Shown here piece after piece: positions 1 through 10,984 of a stretch of DNA of 64,000 nucleotides (its first letter is position 1; every line of letters starts with the position of its first letter). The DNA is from Ranitomeya imitator (taxonomy: Eukaryota). A model generated the notes under the pieces. That model saw nothing but the letters and a program-made list of their open reading frames with translations. It made no database searches and had not been told where the DNA came from. The translations under genes and the position numbers were made by a program. The stretch covers positions 38,874,001 through 38,938,000 of the forward strand of contig NC_091284.1 in NCBI RefSeq assembly GCF_032444005.1, read 5' to 3'.

Positions 1-762
1 TTCCTCAACATTGGGGTTACCAATTTCTTTATTTTCTACACCTTCCACCCTATGGGGGTCTACGACCTCCTCCATTCCCCCTGGGCCAACTGCTGAACTA
101 GTGTCTCTGGCCAAAATTCCTCCAGACCCCTGAGTCTCAGGACCCTCCACACCCCCCTCAGCCTCTCCTCCCTCCACCTGTCCATTGCTCAGTGCTGCCT
201 CTATGCCCCACTCCCCTAGGCTGACTTTCTGGAGCACTTGTTGCACTTGGTGCTGCTCACCTGCCGCCTCTGCCATGCTTAAACCAACAGAAAGTGTGTG
301 TTCCCCAGCTGCCAGCCTCTCTGCTTCTGGAATGACCTGGATAAGTGCTGGATTATTGCCTTGCAGTCAGAGCTGTGCTCACAAATCCTCTAAGTGTGCT
401 GCAGTGTGTGTCCCACTCCCCTCCGGTCCCCACGCCTTGCTCACCTCCCACTGGTGCCACAATCTCCGGGAGGAATTCCCAACCCCACTCAAGCTGCAGG
501 TCACAGAGCAAGAAGCAGCCAGAACCATAGAATGGGATGTATTCTATGTCCCCCTGACAAGGAATGGATCTACCTATCATATCACCTCAGTTATAAAAAC
601 TCCACACCCCTGATTCCTTTCAGACGATACTTTCATTTTTTGATTTTGTGATACGGGTAGGACTGTTCTCTGGAAATTGCCACTTTTGTCATTTCTATAA
701 TACAACTATTCAGACGATGGAGTCATTGTAATGATCTACCCTGTACTCATTCTAAACCTGGC

Positions 763-2260
763 AGAATAGTGAGTGCAGCTCTGGAGGATAACACAGGAGG
801 TAACTTACAATCAGTACAGGATCAGTAATGTAATGTATGTACACAGTGACTGCACCAGCAGAATAGTGAGTGCAGCTCCGGAGTATAATGCAGGATCTAA
901 CTCAGGATCAGTACAGGATCAGTAATGCAATGTATGTACACAGTGATTGCACCAGCAGAATAGTGAGTGCAGCTCTGGAGGATAATACAGGGTCTAACTC
1001 AGGATCAGTAATGTAATGTATGTGCACAGTGACTGCACCAGCAGAATAGTGAGTGCAGCTCTGGAGTATAATACAGGATGTAGCTCAGGATCAGTAATGT
1101 AATGTATGTACACAGTGACTGCACCAGCAGAATAGTGAGTACAGCTCTGGAGTATAATACAGGATCTAACTCAGGATCAGTACAGGATCAGTAATGTAAT
1201 GTACACAGTGATTGCACTAGTAGAATAGTAAGTGCAGCTCTGGGGGATAATACAGGATGTAACTCAGGATCAGTAATGTAATGTATGTACACAGTGATTG
1301 CACTAGTAGAATAGTAAGTGCAGCTCTGGAGTATAATATAGGATGTAACTCAGGATCAGTAATGTAATGTATGTACACAGTGATTGCACCAGCAGAATAG
1401 TGAGTACAGCTCTGGAGTATAATACAGGATGTAACTCAGGATCAGTAATGTAATGTATGTACACAGTGACTGCACCAGCAGAATAGTGGGTGCAGCTCTG
1501 GAGTATAATACAGGATGTAGCTCAGGATCAGTAATGTAATGTATGTACACAGTGACTGCACCAGCAGAATAGTGAGTACAGCTCTGGAGTATAATACAGG
1601 ATCTAACTCAGGATCAGTACAGGATCAGTAATGTAATGTACACAGTGATTGCACTAGTAGAATAGTAAGTGCAGCTCTGGGGGATAATACAGGATGTAAC
1701 TCAGGATCAGTAATGTAATGTATGTACACAGTGATTGCACTAGTAGAATAGTAAGTGCAGCTCTGGAGTATAATACAGGATGTAACTCAGGATCAGTAAT
1801 GTAATGTATGTACACAGTGATTGCACCAGCAGAATAGTGAGTACAGCTCTGGAGTATAATACAGGATGTAACTCAGGATCAGTAATGTAATGTATGTACA
1901 CAGTGACTGCACCAGCAGAATAGTGGGTGCAGCTCTGGAGTATAATACAGGATGTAACTCAGGATCAGTAATGTAATATATGTACACAGTGACTGCACCA
2001 GCAGAATAGTGAGTACAGCTCTGGGGGTTAATACAGGATCTAACTCAGGATCAGTACAGGATCAGTAATGTAATGTATGTACACAGTGATTGCACTAGTA
2101 GAATAGTGAGTGCAGCTCTGGGGGATAATACAGGATGTAGCTCAGGAGCAGTAATGTAATGTACACAGTGACTGCACCAGCAGAATAGTGAGTACAGCTC
2201 TGGGGGATAATACAGGATCTAATTCAGGATCAGTACAGGATAAATAATGTAATGTATGTA
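763..2260. repeat. 86-bp satellite-like tandem array (~17 units; 97/93/82-bp variants)
   Basis: Anchor agaatagt recurs at 763, 860, 957, 1043, 1129, 1222, 1308, 1394, 1480, 1566, 1659 ... 2003, 2100, 2182. The long variant carries an extra tcagtacagga. Confidence 0.95.
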
Positions 2261-3765
2261 TGTATGTAGGGATTTTGACTGTCTTACCCGGTTACTACCC
2301 CTAAAGACAGCAGTTGCACTATGTGAATACTGTTGTGCGGTTTTATATGTGAAGTAACCTGTGTCTAATGTAATGTGATATTATGTATTATGATGGTGTA
2401 CCGTATATAAAGTGTTAGAGTATAATGTAAATATAGCATAAGGATAAGCTTAAGACAGCATAGGATACAGAACAGGTTAGCATGTAGATAGGAAATGGTT
2501 AAAGTTAGGATTAGCCCAGTGGGGGGCACTAGTGTGGATAGGAAAGGGGCACTTCCTGGCAAGGGGGAGTTCAGTGTCAGCCAGTGAAGTGTGGAGGAGA
2601 GTTCAGGTTCAGGTGGGGTGACAGGTGGCCAAATAGAGATCCCTGATGGACATTCCGACAATGTCTGGAGCCTAGGGCTCGGGCCAGGTAGCATGAAGCA
2701 GACCTGGTCTTCTGACATTACGAGGTCGGTGGACATGGAGTTACATGGGGGGCAGGTGGCCGGTCCCGGGTGCCCTGCCAGAGTGGACAACGAATCCCTG
2801 AGACTGAGGAAGTCAGTGGGTTTGAAGGTAGTCTAGGATGAACGTGTGGCAGAACAGAAAAGGAGTTGTACTAAGGAGGGAGGAAGTCTGAATTGCTGTG
2901 CCCTATCCCACCTGTATCCACCTGATGAACATGGATTGTTTAGTAAAAGTTTGTTGCAAAGAACTTGGTGTTCCGTGCATTGTGTGTGGCATCTCCTGAG
3001 GATGGAAGCCTGGAGTGAGCGGAGACCTGTGGCTTACAAATGAGTTTGATGCACCCCACAGTACACCGAAACTGGGACACCCCTTGTCTATAAATTGCCA
3101 AAGTGCAACCGGACAGGAGCTTGGTCACGACTACCACTCTGCAGCACTTTACATTGGGCATAGTCAGCAGGTTCAAACTATGCATCAAGAAAACTTGACA
3201 GATGCGGGGAAGGATCTAGCAAAAACAAAGATGACGCTGAGCACTGACGACAAGATGGCGGCGAGTGGCATGACATGGTTAGATGGACCTGAAAATAGTG
3301 AGCACACAAGAGGAGAAACTGTGTGAAAATCCATCCAGCCTAGGAAGAGGCTTGTCCAGAGAGGCCGGGCCAAGGTGACCAGTGCCTGACCACAATGGAG
3401 GCGCGAAAGAAGAATAAACCACTCCCGTCACAGCCAGTTGATAAAGAACTGCTGGAGACCGTGATGGTCCCCTGGAACCGAAAGAGACGACGCTATTCGT
3501 AAAAAGTGAATCAGTGAGAGCATGGCGGAGTTGAGCAAGACCTCAGAAGGTGTGACCTCAAGATTGGAAGAACCGGAGCAGGATAGAGTGGCAGCAGAGG
3601 GAGCAGGAGCCTGTGGTCCAGAACTGGACAACATCCCTGAGCCACCAAGGCCCGAATCTAAGCTACAGCTTTTACTAATTATAAAAACTTGATTCCAGCT
3701 CACCCAGTAGCTCTATGCTCATCCACCTGGGGCTCAGACTCCGTCCTCGCCCTGGCCTCACATCA

Positions 3766-4050
3766 AGGAAAATAGAAAAAAATTTGAGTCCGGCTCAACA
3801 GGTCTGGATTTCCTTTTCTTTTTCTTTTTCAAAAGAAAATATACTGCATACAAAAGAAAAATTTACATGGTCGACATGACCAGGTCGACGCGTTTCGACT
3901 GCACTAGGCAGTCTTACTCATGACTGATGAGAAAAGGAAATCCAGTCCTGTTGAGCCGGACTCCAATTTTTTTTGTTTTCCTACGGCTTTTATTGTTGGG
4001 GTTAATGCAAACTGCGGACAATAGAAGCAAAATCCAACAACTTGTGAGAT
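3766..4050 (-). mobile_element. Penelope-like element (PLE) pseudo-LTR remnant with partial inverted repeat
   Basis: Inverted arms 3766-3819 and 3930-3982 (core gagtccggctcaacaggtctggatttccttttc vs its reverse complement, 1 mismatch) enclose a hammerhead motif. This arrangement is typical of PLE termini. The right boundary is approximate. Confidence 0.55.
3881..3926 (-). ncRNA. Minimal type I hammerhead ribozyme, A3-U8 core variant
   Basis: Minus strand reads CAGUC AUGAGUA A GACUGC CUAGU GCAGUC GAAA CGCG UC^GACCUG: perfect 6-bp stem II, GAAA, palindromic stem III (ACGCGU), GUC triplet, stem I GUC/GAC. Confidence 0.75.
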
Positions 4051-6117
4051 AATTGAGGGGCCTAGGCAGGTCAGAAGAGAGGAGGAGGTGAGCAAGGACC
4101 AGGGTTGGAGACATGCTAGTGGGCCCACTAACTGCAAGGTACAGAGAGTTGGCGTCCCAGGGGAAGGTCATTACGTATGACTTGGCAGTGGATATTGGGG
4201 TCCATAGAGGAGTTTGGGACCCCTTATCACATCTGGTTCTAACAGCGGGCAGTAGAGACGGAACACTTGTCTCGATTGTTCCTTAAAATGGAGGGGTGAC
4301 TTAGCTGGTATGCAGTGGGTATCATCCGAGAAGGCAGGGAGCAGGATGAACCCTTCCTGCAAAGTGAACGGGCTAGGGTGAGGCTCCCCGAGGCAGCTTG
4401 TACTAGCACTACTACTCCCGAGAGATCGAATGGTCCTTGGGGCTCCCCACCTCCTATGCGAGAACAGGCGATGATGCAGGTGACACAGGGGGCTGTCGCC
4501 CATTTCAACATGTCAAGGGCTCTGGTACTTTGCAAATTGGGGTCACTTGTGGCCCAGACATCTGTGAATCGGGCTCCAAGGAGCAGATGGAAACGATCTC
4601 CAAACCGCCCTGAGGAAAAAGGGGAAGATAATGAAGATGGTTGAATCCAAAATGCCGTCCGTAAGGTGCAGCTTGAAGGCTTACTTGTGCCTGTTGCACA
4701 GGAAAGAGCCACTAAAAGGAACTGTTCTGCATTCCTTAGGTCAGGAGGCCCTAAAGTGTGCCGGAAACCACCTGGTGCTGGCTAGGATGACCAGAGTGTT
4801 TTGTATCTCTACACCCCTGCAAGTTTGTTTTGCGCACCCCCCCTGCTGTATTGCGTGACTGTGAACTCTAAAAAGGCTAGAAACCCTGTTCTGTCCCCGT
4901 GGACTGTACAACTTAGTTTCAATAACGTTTTATTTTCAATAACATAGCAATTGAACAACAGATTCCCTTACAAGGGAGTTCAATAAGCTTAAATCTAAAC
5001 AAAGAGGAAAAACCATACATATATTAACTCAAATTCGAAAATACAGATATGACGAGACAAGAACATGGGGGACATAAAAGAGGGAAAATGAGGAAGGAAA
5101 TGAGATTTTGCAGACAGTACAACTTAAAGGGACTGTTGTTCACAAAAGAGGGACAGTAGGAATGCAAACAAACAACTTGAGGATGGAGCCAGGTCAGCAC
5201 TGTGTTAATTGCACCCTTGTCTTAAAAGATAGATGAGCGGCTGTATGTACTGTACTCCAACACTACTGCAGCTGGTACTGTGTTGGTCAACTGGCCTGTG
5301 AGTACAAAGAAATTAGACATTAGTCAGGATCTGCAAGTTGGTGAGACCAGGGTCACCGAGTTAGAGTTGGAAGAGACTCCCAGGGTCATCCTGTCCAACC
5401 CCCTGGTCAATGCAGGACTCAGTAAACCATCTCAGACAGATGTCTGTCCAGCCTCTGTTTGAAGACTTCCATTGCAGGATAACTCACCACCTCTCGTGGC
5501 AGCCTGTTCCACTCATTGATTGCCCTCACTGTCACATTTTTTTTCTAATATCTAATCTTTATCTTCTCCCCTTCAGTTTCATTCCATTGCTTCTTGTGTT
5601 TCCATGTGCAAATGAGAATAAAGATGATCTCTCTACACTGTGACATCCCTTCAGATATTTGCAGAAAGCTATGTTTCCTCTTAGCCTTTTCTTGCAACCT
5701 AAACATTCCCAGATCCTTTAACCGTTCCTCATTGGACATAATTTGCAGCCCGCTCACCATATCGGTAGCTCTCTGAACTTGCTCCAATTTTTCAATGTGG
5801 TGCCCAGAATCGGACACAGTATTACAGATGGGGCATGACCAAGGAGGAGTAGAGGGGGATAATTACTTCACATGATCTAGACTTTATGCTTCTCTTAATA
5901 CATCGAAGAACTGTGTTTGCCTTTTTTTTCTGCTGCATCACACTGATGACTCATGTGCAGTCTGTGATCTATTAGTATACCCAAGTCTTTTTCACACGTG
6001 CTGTTGCTTAGTTCTATTCCTCCCATTCTGTAAATGTAATTTTCATTTTTCTTGCCCAGATATAGAATCTTGCATTTCTCCTTGTTAAATATCCTTTCTC
6101 TGTTTTCTCTAGTGTTA

Positions 6118-6532
6118 GGGTACCGTCACACAGTGGCATTTTGATCGCTACGACGGCACGATCCGTGACGCTCCAGCATCGTAACAATATCGCTCCAGCG
6201 TCGTAGACTGCTGTCACACTTTGCAATGTACGACGCTGGAGCGATAATTTCATGACGTATGTGCGATGTAGAAGCCGTTGGTTACTATGCGCACATCGTA
6301 TACAATATCATGCACACCTTTGTTACACCATGCGATCATGCCACCACAGCGGGACACTAGACGACGAAAGAAAGTTTCAAACGATCTGCTACGACGTACG
6401 ATTCTCAGCGGGGTCCCTGATCGCAGGAGCGTGTCAGACACAGCGAGATCGCTGGAACGTCACGGATATATCGCTGGAACGTCACAAATCGTGCCGTCGT
6501 AGCGATCAAAATGCCACTGTGTGACGGTACCC
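6118..6532. mobile_element. PIF/Harbinger-type MITE (415 bp)
   Basis: ~45-bp TIRs starting gggtaccgtcacacagtggcattttgatcgctacgacggcacgat. TTA TSD at 6115-6117 and 6533-6535. Confidence 0.9.
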
Positions 6533-7539
6533 TTAGCTATTCCTCCTAGCTTTGTATTGTCTGCAAATGTAATTAGTTTACCTTCAATTCCCTTATCTAG
6601 ATCATTTATGAAAAATGTTGAACAACACTGGGGTCAAGACAGAGCCTTGTGGTACCCCACTTGAAACACTCTTCCAATTCAATGTGTAAACATTTATTAC
6701 TAATCTTTGAGTATGGTCACTGAGCCAGTTATGAATCCATCTAAATGTAGTCTTGTCAATCCCATACTTGGTCATTTTTTCAATAAAGATCATATGAGAT
6801 TCTTTATCAAATGCTTTGCTGAAGTTGAGATATACTATACACGTATTATATCTACCTCATTTCCTTGATCCACCCAGTCAGTGATTCCATCATAGAAGGA
6901 AATTTGATTAGTCTGGCATGACTTTTTTGTTACAAACTCATGCTGTTTAATTACTGCATTCTTAGCCAAGTACTTACATGCTGTTTAATAATTTGTTCAA
7001 AGGTCCTTCCTGGTATAGAAGTAGTGCTCACTGGCTCCATCTTTTTCCTTTTTTGAAGATAGGGACAACATTTGCCTTTTTCCAATCTTATGGGACTTCT
7101 TTTTCTCCATGATTTTTCAAAGATTCTGGCTAGTGGTTCTGCAGTTTCCTCAGCTATCTCTTTCAGTACCGTAGGATGTAATTCAACTGGACCAGGCGAT
7201 TTAAATTCATTTAAATTAGCTAAGTGTTTCATCACCATCTCTGTTTATGGATAGTGTGGATTCTTTTATTTTTTCAATGGCACCCTGAAGATCAGTTGAT
7301 GTTACAATTGTTTTCTTAGAGAACACAGATGCAGAATAGGAATTTAAAAGTTTGTCCTTCTCAACATCATTTTTTACCTCTTCGCCCTTTTCATCCGGTA
7401 AAAATCGTATAGCATCTTTGTCTTTTCTTTTGCCATACCACAAAATTCCTTTGTAATTGCTTTAACTCTCCCTTGCAAGCCCCACTTCATAACTGGCTTT
7501 AGCTCTTCTAACACTTGCCCTGCATTCCCTGCAGACAGC

Positions 7540-8222
7540 TGTCACGGGGCTACCGCGACAGAGAGGTTCCAGAGAACCGCAGCGCTCTGGGCCTCATTCA
7601 CACACAGTGAACAGAAGCTCTTCTCCTGTATTCTGACCTGGCTGCTTTGTGCCTGCAGTGCAGGAGTTATCCTTGTTGCTGAGTTGCTGAGAGCTGGGTC
7701 TCTCAGCTGAAGTGGATTTTGTAATCTCCTCCTCTATATAGACCCAACCTTGACTACAGCTATTGTCAGTGATCAGTTCTGCTGCCTGGCTTGGAGAGTG
7801 AAGGAACTTGGCATTAGGAGCTTGGAGGTTTATTTACAGAGATTGGTGTCTGCTGTTTTGGTTGCATGTTGAACCTGTTTGCCTTCCTAGTTTTTTCCTT
7901 CCTAGTTTTTTCCTTCTCTTCCCTTCTCTGTGTTACCTCTGTGGTTGTGTGAGCATTTGTTGAGTTTGAGATTTTTAGTTACCTTGTCTGTATACCCTGT
8001 TTTTTGTTGTATTTATACACTGGAACAGTCCACCTCCCTTGGGGGAGAGGGGGCCACTGATAGGGTTTGCACAGGAGACAGGGATACGCTGGCGGCTCAG
8101 GCCTCCTAACCATCATAGGTACCCCTGAGATAAGGGAAAGGCAAGGCCCCATTATAGTGGCAGGGACAGGTGCGGGTCCCAGTACGCTGTCCAGCCCCTT
8201 TATCACCATTAACGGTGTGACA
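7540..8222. mobile_element. Solo LTR (683 bp)
   Basis: TGTCAC...GTGACA termini. 5-bp TSD ACAGC at 7535-7539 and 8223-8227. CR1 sequence resumes on both sides. Confidence 0.9.
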
Positions 8223-8767
8223 ACAGCATTATATTCTTCTTTAGATATTCCATTTAATATACATTTATTTTTTCCTTTTTAACAAGTTAAGTTATGTGTT
8301 CATACATCCTGGTCTCTTTACATGCTTCCAATTCTTCCATCTTTTCAGGATTGTTATTGTTAATTTAATGTAACAAAATCTCTCATTCTTCTTGGACATT
8401 TCTGTCCTTTGGAATATTCAGCCATTGGACCTTTCCTACCCTCTTTTTGAGTCTATCAAATTTGCCATTCTGAAGTCCAACCTTAAAGTCTATATACAAA
8501 AAAAGGTTGCACTCTTTCATTGCAAAAGCATGTCAATGTGAAATATATGAAATATGAATACCAATATGGCTTTTGAATATTAGGAAAAAAAATGAGACGC
8601 TTTGCACAAAATTTGGCTAAATTATGTCTGCCCATCAACCAACGTCAAGGTGGTCTCAAAGACTGATGGGTCCCTATCTATATGAATACCTCTCTTAGGC
8701 TGATGTTTGAATTCCTGGGTGAATGTGGACTCCTCTCTCACCAATGCCTGCATTTATGGGTAGGTAG

Positions 8768-8932
8768 TAGTGATGAGCGAATATACTCGTTACTTGAGAT
8801 TTCCCAAGCATGCTCGGGGGTCCTCCGAGTATTTTTTAGTGCTCGGAGTTTTAGTTTTTAGCGCTGCAGCTGAATGATTTACATCTGTTAGCCAGCATAA
8901 GTACATGTGGGGGTTGCCTGATTGCTAGGGAA
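8768..8932. mobile_element. Truncated MITE with tagtgatgagcg terminus (hAT-like family, one end only)
   Basis: Same terminal motif as the element at 33369. No second TIR found. Confidence 0.45.
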
Positions 8933-9189
8933 CATTGCCTACACACCACCCCCAACATTGCCTACATACACACACACACACAACTCAATCATTGCCTTCT
9001 CCACCACTACCCCAACGTTGCCTGCCTACACACACCACTCACCTCTCCACACGTTCACACACATACACACACACATCCACACACAGCACTGCTCACCTGT
9101 CTGCACGCTCCCCCGCAGCATCTTCATTGCCAGCAGTTTCCTCTCTCAGACAGCAGCTCGGTCGTGACTACTGTTCTCTGACACTTTAC

Positions 9190-9545
9190 ATGTACACAGT
9201 AAGAGCACCAGCAGAATAGTGAGTGCAGCTCTGGGGTATAATACAGGATGTAACTCAGGATCAGTAATGTAATGTATGTACACAGTGACTGCACCAGCAG
9301 AATAGTGAGTGCAGCTCTGGGGTATAATACAGGATGTAACTCAGGATCAGTAATGTATGTACACAGTGACTGCACCAGCAGAATAGTGAGTGCAGCTCTG
9401 GAGTATAATACAGGATGTGACTCAGGGTCAGTAATGTAATGTATATACACAGAGACTGCACCAGCAGAATAGTGAGTGCAGCTCTGGAGTATAATACAGG
9501 ATGTGACTCAGGGTCAGTAATGTACGGTATGTGCACAGTGACTGC
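9190..9545. repeat. Second cluster of the 86-bp satellite (~4 units)
   Basis: agaatagtgagtgcagctctgg...caggatgtaactcaggatcagtaatg units at ~9213, 9299, 9380, 9466, in the same orientation as 763-2260. Confidence 0.92.
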
Positions 9546-9964
9546 CGCAGTACTGGGCGTTCTATCACTGAGGGACACTGGATTTATGGCTGTTAAGATG
9601 TCAGAAAACTTTCATTTGGTGAGAACTTCTAATTAGTTCCCTCTATTTTTGGAGGAAAGTGTTCTGTACATTACATGTGCTTCTAATCCTGCCTTCGGCA
9701 TTACGGCTCCAGGCTTTTCTCATGAGGCTGGAAGTCCCCGGAGGTGATGAAGCCACCAGTGTGAGAGCTTTCAAGGTTACCCATATCTCTATCTGAAAAA
9801 GTCACCAAACACTGAGCTGATTACTAAGAGTGGGAGGAAGGCGGTGGGGACAAATCTGTCCTCAAGGAGTTCTCTGTAGGAGAATGATGTACACATGTAC
9901 ACACAGGCATTTAAATCAGGAGCCCAAAAGCTACAGACTACCTCCACCCAAAATAGGGTCCACA

Positions 9965-10978
9965 TAAGAGCCAGCTAAATTACCAACATAAGTGCCAGCT
10001 AAATGACCAACATAAATGCCAGCTAAATGCCCAACATAATTGCCAGCTAAATGCCCAACATAAATGCCCAGCATAAGCAGTGCCAGCTAAATACCCAACA
10101 TAATTGCCAGCTAAATGCCCAACATAAATGCCCAGCATAAGCAGTGCCAGCTAAATACCCAACATTAGCAGTGCCAGTTAAATACCCAGCATAAGCAGTG
10201 CCAACTAAATATGCAATATAAGAGCCAGCTAAATGCCCAACATAAGTGCCAGCTAAATCCCCAACATAAATGCCAGCTAAATGCCCAACATAAGCAGTGC
10301 CAGCTAAATGCCCAACATAAGTGCCAGCTAAATGCCCAACATAAGCAGTGCCAGCTAAATGCCCCACATAAGTGCCAGCTAAATGCCCAACATAAGTGCC
10401 AGCTAAATGCCCAACATAAGAGCCAGCTAAATGCCCAACATAAGTGCCAGCTAAATGCCCAACATAAGAGCCAGCTAAATGCCCAACATAAGTGGCAGCT
10501 AAATTCACAGCATAAGCAGTGCCAGCTAAATGCTCAACGTAATTGTCAGCTAAATGCCCAACATAAGTGCCAGCTAAATGCCCAACATAAGCAGTGCCAG
10601 CTAAATGCCCAACATAAGTGCCAGCTAAATGCCCAACATAAAAGCCAGCTTAATGCCCAACATAAGTGCCAGCTAAATGCCCAACATAAGTGGCGGCTAA
10701 ATGCACATCATAACCAGTGCCAGCTAAATGCTCAACATAATTGCCAGCTAAATAACAAACATAAGCAGTGCCAGCTAAATGCCCAATATAAGTGCCAACT
10801 AAATGCCCAACATAAGAAGTGTCAGGTAAATGCCCAACATAAGCAGTGCCAACTAAATGAACAACATAATTGCCAGCTAAATGCTCAGCATAAGCAGTGC
10901 CAGCTAAATACCCAGCATAACCAGTGCCAACTCAATACGCAACATAAGAGCCAGCTAAATGCCCAACACAATTGCCCA
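9965..10978. repeat. 24/27-bp minisatellite (gccagctaaatgcccaacataagt[cag]), ~40 units
   Basis: Directly visible tandem repetition. It generates the repetitive ORFs 10211-10981 (+) and 10047-10508 (-). Confidence 0.95.
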
Positions 10979-10984
10979 TAATAT

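Larger units (their letters stand above)
5361..8490 (-). mobile_element. Degenerate CR1 LINE (ORF2 3' two-thirds plus 3' end), interrupted by a MITE and a solo LTR
   Basis: CR1 3'-end signature ttagagttggaagagactcccagggtcatcctgtccaacccc at 5361. RT motif SGVPQGSVLTPVLFNIF (ORF 6602-6793). VMKHLANLNEFKSPGP..LHP.VLKE (6951-7238). LDFRMAN near 8460-8480. Many stops and frameshifts. Confidence 0.9.

Noticed and set aside
185-651. ORFs at the window start with Cys-rich stretches reminiscent of BED or piggyBac zinc fingers
   Set aside because: Spacing does not fit any motif I can name, and stops occur in the candidate frames. Left unannotated.
3924-3945. Plus-strand CTGATGAG...GAAA as a second hammerhead
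   Set aside because: No stem II between the core and GAAA, and no stem III or cleavage triplet.
4920-5240. Possible 3' end of a LINE on the minus strand (AATAAA-like signal, A-rich plus strand)
   Set aside because: No poly(A) tail, TSD or coding motif to support it.
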